From the NCBI GenBank assembly GCA_001897675.1, contig MKUE01000105.1, positions 2,567 through 66,566 on the forward strand: a stretch of 64,000 nucleotides of DNA, in the 5' to 3' direction. Positions 58,826 to 64,000 of this stretch are shown piece by piece. The position numbers and the translations under genes are program-made. A model generated the notes under the pieces. It had not been told where the DNA came from. It saw only the letters and a program-made list of their open reading frames with translations, and made no database searches. Position 1 is the first letter of the stretch. Each line of letters starts with the position of its first letter. Source of the DNA: Thiobacillus sp. 65-1059 (GTDB lineage Bacteria > Pseudomonadota > Gammaproteobacteria > Burkholderiales > Thiobacillaceae).

Positions 58826-59200
58826 TCAGCCGCGGTCGCGGCGGCGGTGCTCGCGATGTTCGCGATAACGATCGTCGTGGCGCCAGTCGTCGCGGCGACG
58901 ATCCCAGTCGCGGTGCCCATCCCGGCCGGACCGGTAATCGCGGTAGTGGTGGACATGCTGGACGCGATGGCGTGGGGGCAGCACGATGGTGCGGCCGGGA
59001 TGGTAGGGCGTGTGCGTCCAGTAGCGGCTGCCGCCGGACTCGTACAGCACGCGGAAGCCGTCGTGATGAGGGCTGCCAAACGAGACGACGAACCGGGGTT
59101 CGACCGTTATCACGCGGTCGTGGCCATGCTTGCCGCCATGGGCGAAGCTGGCGCCGGAGGCGGTCAGGAGGGCGGTTGCAATCAGCAGGGTACGTAGCAT
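58826..59200 (-). CDS. Small secreted His/Arg/Asp-rich protein, unknown family
   Basis: 124 aa with an AAGGAG SD 7 nt upstream and a signal peptide MLRTLLIATALLTASGASFA. The mature part has many His and a highly charged tail (...HHYRDYRSGRDGHRDWDRRRDDWRHDDRYREHREHRRRDRG). Confidence 0.7.
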   Translation of the reverse strand: MLRTLLIATALLTASGASFAHGGKHGHDRVITVEPRFVVSFGSPHHDGFRVLYESGGSRYWTHTPYHPGRTIVLPPRHRVQHVHHYRDYRSGRDGHRDWDRRRDDWRHDDRYREHREHRRRDRG

Positions 59201-59249
59201 GGTTCTACTCCTTTCAAGCTCGGAATGCGGCGGCAGGCGCAGCGCGGCG

Positions 59250-59852
59250 TCAATCGTTCCAGCCGTTGCGGCTGTTGTTCCAGCGCCCGCCGCGCTGATC
59301 CTCGGCCACGGAAAAACTCACATTCAGGGTCAGCCAGTTGCCCGGGTCGTAAGGCAGGCGGGTGCTGTATTCGCGATCCTGGAAGCGGTAGCGCACGTCG
59401 TAGCCGCTGATCACCTGACGGTAGTCGTCGTGGGTGCGGCAGCGCTCCACCTGGCGCGGTCGCGATTCGTAGCGATTGCCGCCGTCGTTCCAGCGGTCGC
59501 CCACCACCGCGCCGGTGGCTGCGCCGACCGCGGCGGCGGCGACCTTGCCGTTGCCCTTGCCGGCCGTGGCGCCGAGCAGGCCGCCGGCGATGGCGCCGAG
59601 CACGGCGCCTCCCGTATTGCTGCCGTCGCGGACGCTGCGCGTGTCATAGCCGACGGTTTCGGTCCAGCATTCGCGGCGCGGCTCGTTGATGGTGTCGTAG
59701 ACCGGGGTGCTGGCCAGGACTTTGGCGCGGGCGGTGAAGCCGTCGCCGTTGCCGCGGCCGTGACCGGCCTGTGCGGCGCCGCTGACCGCGAGCAGGGCGG
59801 CAAGCAGAACGCGCCTATGTGCTTGGGTGCGCTTCAGGGGGCGTGTATTCAT
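59250..59852 (-). CDS. YcfJ-like glycine-zipper (2TM) secreted/outer-membrane-associated protein
   Basis: 200 aa with a GAGGAG SD and a signal peptide. STPVYDTINEPRRECWTETV, GAVLGAIAGGLLGATAG and ERCRTHDDYRQVISGYDVRYRF parallel E. coli YcfJ as I remember it. Confidence 0.75.
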   Translation of the reverse strand: MNTRPLKRTQAHRRVLLAALLAVSGAAQAGHGRGNGDGFTARAKVLASTPVYDTINEPRRECWTETVGYDTRSVRDGSNTGGAVLGAIAGGLLGATAGKGNGKVAAAAVGAATGAVVGDRWNDGGNRYESRPRQVERCRTHDDYRQVISGYDVRYRFQDREYSTRLPYDPGNWLTLNVSFSVAEDQRGGRWNNSRNGWND

Positions 59853-59890
59853 CGTGACTCTCCTCGTTCAACAGTGTGTTCAGTGCAAAT

Positions 59891-60175
59891 TCAGCGACGG
59901 CCGCGGGGACGGCTGTCCGGCCCGGGACGTTCCTGCTGGCGGCGTTCGTAGCCGTAGCCGTAGCCTTGCGGTTCGTTGCGTTCGGCCTCGCGTCTCGGCG
60001 CGCGGCGCTGATCGGGCTTGCGGGCGTCGCGCCGATCCTGGCGCGCTTCGTCGCCGCGGTCGCGCTGGGCCACGATGTAGGCGTCATCCAGGTAATCCGG
60101 TGCCGCGTGAACAGGGATGGCCAGAGCCAGCCCCAGTGCAGCCAGTCCGATAATCCAGGTTTGCCGTGTGTCCAT
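59891..60175 (-). CDS. Small secreted, highly charged low-complexity protein (GYGYGY, R/D/E/Q-rich)
   Basis: 94 aa from ATG 60175 (GGAG SD 6 nt upstream) with a signal peptide MDTRQTWIIGLAALGLALAIPVHA. The remainder of the track's 319-aa ORF is antisense to ompR and was rejected. Confidence 0.6.
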   Translation of the reverse strand: MDTRQTWIIGLAALGLALAIPVHAAPDYLDDAYIVAQRDRGDEARQDRRDARKPDQRRAPRREAERNEPQGYGYGYERRQQERPGPDSRPRGRR

Positions 60176-60269
60176 CGTGATCTCCATTTCCGTGGCCGCG
60201 TTGTTTCGCTGCCACGCTTCGCAGTTTGGTTGAGGAAGGTAAGCGCACTGTTTCACGCCAGGGCGATTT

Positions 60270-60285
60270 TGTAACAGTGTGTAAC
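60270..60285 (-). promoter_or_regulatory. OmpR-type direct repeat (GTTACA-N4-GTTACA on the minus strand) in the divergent intergenic region
   Basis: The + strand reads TGTAACAGTGTGTAAC, giving two identical hexamers 10 bp apart. The site is 44-59 nt upstream of the ompR-like ATG and about 95-110 nt upstream of the small secreted protein gene. Confidence 0.5.
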
Positions 60286-60328
60286 CGGGATGGGAATAGC
60301 CTGCCATCCCCGCTGCTATAGTTGCCGC

Positions 60329-61042
60329 ATGCAAAAAAGCACCATTTATGTCACCGACGACGATCCCGGCATCCGCGAACTGGTGGCCGAATACCTGAGC
60401 AGCCATGGCTACGCGGTCGAGACGGCGGAGGATGCGGCCTCGCTTGACCGCCTGCTGGGCGCCCGGCTGCCCGAACTGCTGGTGCTCGACTGGATGATGC
60501 CGGGCGAGGATGGTCTGTCGGTGGCGCGGCGGCTGCGCGCGCAGCCGGGGTTTCCGCCCATCATCATGCTGTCGGCCAAGGGCGAGGACATCGACCGCAT
60601 CGTCGGCCTCGAGGTCGGCGCCGACGATTACCTGCCCAAGCCGTTCAATCCGCGCGAACTGCTGGCGCGCATCCGCGCGGTGTTGCGGCGGCAGGGCGGT
60701 GCGGCCGTGCCGGCGCCGGCCGAGACGGGCAGGGCGGTGCGCTTCGGCCCGTTCAGCGTCAACCTCGATGCGCGCACCCTTAGCCGTGACGGCACCGAAA
60801 TCCCGCTGACCGGCGGCGAGTACGAACTGTTGGAAATCTTCGTCACCCACGCCAGCCGCGCGCTGTCGCGCGACTGGCTGATGGATCAGTTGCGCGGCTT
60901 CGAGCGCGACCCGTTCGACCGCAGCATCGACGTGCGGGTGAATCGCCTGCGCAAGAAAATCGAGGACGATCCCGCCAACCCGGCCTACATCCGCACCCAG
61001 CGCGGGCAGGGCTACCTGTTCGTGCCGCAGGGCAAGGGGTGA
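60329..61042 (+). CDS. ompR: OmpR-family response regulator
   Basis: Trimmed to ATG 60329 (237 aa). It is closely collinear with E. coli OmpR (LVLDWMMPGEDGLSVARRLR, SAKGEDIDRIVGLEVGADDYLPKPFNPRELLARIRAVLRRQ, GQGYLFVP). Confidence 0.9.
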   Translation: MQKSTIYVTDDDPGIRELVAEYLSSHGYAVETAEDAASLDRLLGARLPELLVLDWMMPGEDGLSVARRLRAQPGFPPIIMLSAKGEDIDRIVGLEVGADDYLPKPFNPRELLARIRAVLRRQGGAAVPAPAETGRAVRFGPFSVNLDARTLSRDGTEIPLTGGEYELLEIFVTHASRALSRDWLMDQLRGFERDPFDRSIDVRVNRLRKKIEDDPANPAYIRTQRGQGYLFVPQGKG

Positions 61043-62334
61043 AGCCTATTGCCCGCTCGTTGTACGCCCGCACCGCGCTGACGCTGGCGCTCGCTTTCAT
61101 CGTGTTCCAGGCGGCGGCGTTCTGGGTGGTGTATCGCACCCTGATCGTGCCGGTGGCGGAGCGCTCGGCCGACGACCTGGCCGGATTGATCGTGCTGTCG
61201 GCGCAGACCTGGGTGGAGTTGCCGCCGCCGACGCGTGCCGCGTTCGAGCGCGAACTGGCACGACGCCATGGCCTGCGCCTGACCACCGCTGCCACCGCCG
61301 CCGCCGCAGAGGCCCCGCAATTCGCCTTCCGCGCGCAGATCGAAGCCGCATTGAGCCGCCGGGTGGGCGGCCCCATCGTGCTGCGCGGGGTGCCGGGGAC
61401 GGCGGCGGCGTGGCTGGATATTCCGCTGGGCGGACACGATCTGCACGCCGGATTCTTCCCCGACCGCTATGCCGTCAAGCCGCCGCTGGCGGCCATCGCG
61501 GTGATTGCGGTGGGCGCGTTTCTCAGCCTGCTGACCGCCCTGTTTCTGGTGCGCCGCCTCACCGTGCCGCTGGCGCGCGCGGCGCAGGCGGCCAGCCAGG
61601 TTGGCGCGGGCGAACTGCCCGAGCCCTTGCCGGAAACCGGCCCGGCCGAGCTGGCCGAACTGGCCCGCCGCTTCAACCGGATGGCGGCCGAGGTGCGCGA
61701 CTTGCTGGATAACCGCACCACCTTGCTGGCGGGGATTTCGCACGACCTGCGCACCCCGATGACGCGGCTTCAGCTCAACCTGGAAATGCTGCGCGATGCC
61801 CCCAGCGCGGCGCGCATCGACCGCGCGGTGGCCGATCTGGCCGACATGAACCGGCTGATTACGGGCTACCTGGAGCTGGCGCGCACCACGCAGGCCGAAA
61901 TGAAAGTGCGTTTCGACCTTGCGGGTTTGCTGGAAGAGGTCGCGGCCGATGCCGGCCTGTCGTGGCAGGGCGCCGTGCCGTGCGAGATCGAGGCCGGCCG
62001 GCTCGCAATGCGGCAAATCGTCACCAACCTGGTCCAGAATGCGCAGCGTTATGGCGGCGGCACGCCGGTCGAACTGGCGCTGGAGTGCACCGGCAAACAG
62101 GCGCGGGTGATCGTGCGCGATGCCGGCGCGGGGATTCCCGACGATCAGCTGGAAAAAGTGTTCAGGCCGTTTTACCGGCTCGAGGCATCGCGTTCGCAGG
62201 CTACCGGCGGAACCGGGCTGGGGCTGGCGATCGTGCGGCAGCTGGCGGAAACCAATGGATGGACCGTGTCTCTCAAGAACCGTGCGGCGGGCGGCCTGGA
62301 GGCGACGCTGGAAATCCGCCGGGGCGTCAGATGA
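61039..62334 (+). CDS. envZ: EnvZ-like sensor histidine kinase (2 TM, HAMP, HisKA, HATPase_c)
   Basis: 431 aa. GTGA overlap with the ompR stop, H-box GISHDLRTPMTRL, N-box VTNLVQNAQRYG, and G-boxes RDAGAGIP / GTGLGLAIV. Confidence 0.88.
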   Translation: MKPIARSLYARTALTLALAFIVFQAAAFWVVYRTLIVPVAERSADDLAGLIVLSAQTWVELPPPTRAAFERELARRHGLRLTTAATAAAAEAPQFAFRAQIEAALSRRVGGPIVLRGVPGTAAAWLDIPLGGHDLHAGFFPDRYAVKPPLAAIAVIAVGAFLSLLTALFLVRRLTVPLARAAQAASQVGAGELPEPLPETGPAELAELARRFNRMAAEVRDLLDNRTTLLAGISHDLRTPMTRLQLNLEMLRDAPSAARIDRAVADLADMNRLITGYLELARTTQAEMKVRFDLAGLLEEVAADAGLSWQGAVPCEIEAGRLAMRQIVTNLVQNAQRYGGGTPVELALECTGKQARVIVRDAGAGIPDDQLEKVFRPFYRLEASRSQATGGTGLGLAIVRQLAETNGWTVSLKNRAAGGLEATLEIRRGVR

Positions 62335-62482
62335 AGTGTGCGGTGGCGCGCCGCAGTATCCGGAATTCGATGAACAGCAGCGTCAGGCTGAACATCGACA
62401 TGCGGCGGGTGCTGCCGCTGAAAAACCCCAGCGGCGAGCACGACAGGCCGACGCTTACGCTGGTGGCCTTGCCCAGCTGCAT
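62327..62482 (-). CDS. Small ORF B (51 aa), paralogue of sORF A; unknown family
   Basis: MQLGKATSVSVGLSCSPLGFFSGSTRRMSMFSLTLLFIEFRILRRATAHFI. Its start overlaps the sORF A stop (TGATG). About 45% identity to A over the 30-aa core. Its 3' end overlaps envZ convergently by 8 nt. Confidence 0.5.
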   Translation of the reverse strand: MQLGKATSVSVGLSCSPLGFFSGSTRRMSMFSLTLLFIEFRILRRATAHFI

Positions 62483-62634
62483 CAGGCGGCCGACTGCCGG
62501 GCAAACAGGGAAAACTGCACGAACAGCAGCGACAGGCTGGTGAGGCTCATGCGCTCGGTCTGGCCGTGGAACCAGGCAAAGGGCGAGGAGCTGAGTTCGA
62601 GAACCAACTGCTTGTGGCCGAATTGCAGTTTCAT
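62482..62634 (-). CDS. Small ORF A (50 aa), unknown family
   Basis: MKLQFGHKQLVLELSSSPFAWFHGQTERMSLTSLSLLFVQFSLFARQSAA, with a canonical AAGGAG SD 6 nt upstream of the ATG. Confidence 0.55.
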   Translation of the reverse strand: MKLQFGHKQLVLELSSSPFAWFHGQTERMSLTSLSLLFVQFSLFARQSAA

Positions 62635-62906
62635 GATGCGCTCCTTGGTGAAGGGTTTGCCTGAATGCCTGCAATGCCTGTGCCACCTGGCATGCCGCGG
62701 CGCGGGCCGGGAAACCGCCAATAAAACAAGCCGTTGCAAACCATTCTCCGCACATGCGGGCGGGCGGCATGGCGCCGGTTGACGGAAAATCGTCAATCCG
62801 TGTCGAGGCGGCCAACAGTCGACACCCGCCGGGGGGAAGACGGCATCAGGGTAGAATCCGGCTTTCGATTTGGGCGGGGCGCATCCTGCGTGCCGCGTCT
62901 TCTTGC

Positions 62907-64000
<1,094 letters not shown>

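Noticed and set aside
60176-60850. Upstream two-thirds of the 319-aa minus ORF 59891-60850
   Set aside because: This part is antisense to the OmpR-like gene and crosses the intergenic region. Only the last 94 codons (SD plus ATG 60175, signal peptide) look like a real gene.

Overview
High-GC chromosomal core segment with betaproteobacterial-type synteny; the taxon is an inference. Hand counts give about 70% GC in core genes. I call about 70 protein genes and one tRNA. I saw no rRNA, CRISPR array, IS element or integrase.

Gene order, left to right:
- NodT-type OMF, MacA-like adaptor and a split MacB-like ABC exporter, then mprF-acvB.
- A minus-strand block: ArsR-family regulator, RND adaptor and pump, DUF2892, rhodanese, grxC, trxC, secB, an SH3 protein and gpsA.
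- gpmI-envC-ctpA, a 131-aa unknown, and moeB convergent with slmA.
- A roughly 1-kb low-GC islet carrying one lipoprotein gene, 3' of a tRNA(CAU).
- The rpsU-yqeY-dnaG-rpoD operon, divergent from tsaD.
- plsY divergent from folB-tauE-AstE-like.
- xerD, ogt, a DsrE-like gene, a Cys-rich small ORF and a TetR regulator.
- rpsP-rimM-trmD-rplS and ffh, divergent from ypjD/yfjD-like genes.
- pilBCD-coaE-zapD-yacG, then rpiA divergent from ilvA.
- slt, an NDUFA9-like gene, a cca-archease fusion, rtcB and fpr.
- An LTA-synthase-family gene.
- Three small secreted proteins divergent from an ompR/envZ-like pair.
- Two tandem homologous ~50-codon sORFs.
- A 3'-truncated ABC-F gene that is missing from the ORF track.

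Most of the very long ORFs in the track (up to 1733 aa) are antisense or off-frame GC artefacts.

Most interesting observations:
1. A CCA-adding enzyme fused in frame to an archease domain and translationally coupled to rtcB.
2. A two-Cys ArsR regulator (SqrR/BigR/YgaV-like) heading an RND pump that overlaps a split YgaP (DUF2892 plus rhodanese), followed by Grx and Trx2. This is a candidate reactive-sulfur-responsive efflux and sulfur-transfer module.
3. A translationally coupled pair of paralogous sORFs of unknown family.
4. An OmpR/EnvZ-like system facing a trio of small secreted proteins: one disordered, one YcfJ-like and one His/Arg/Asp-rich.
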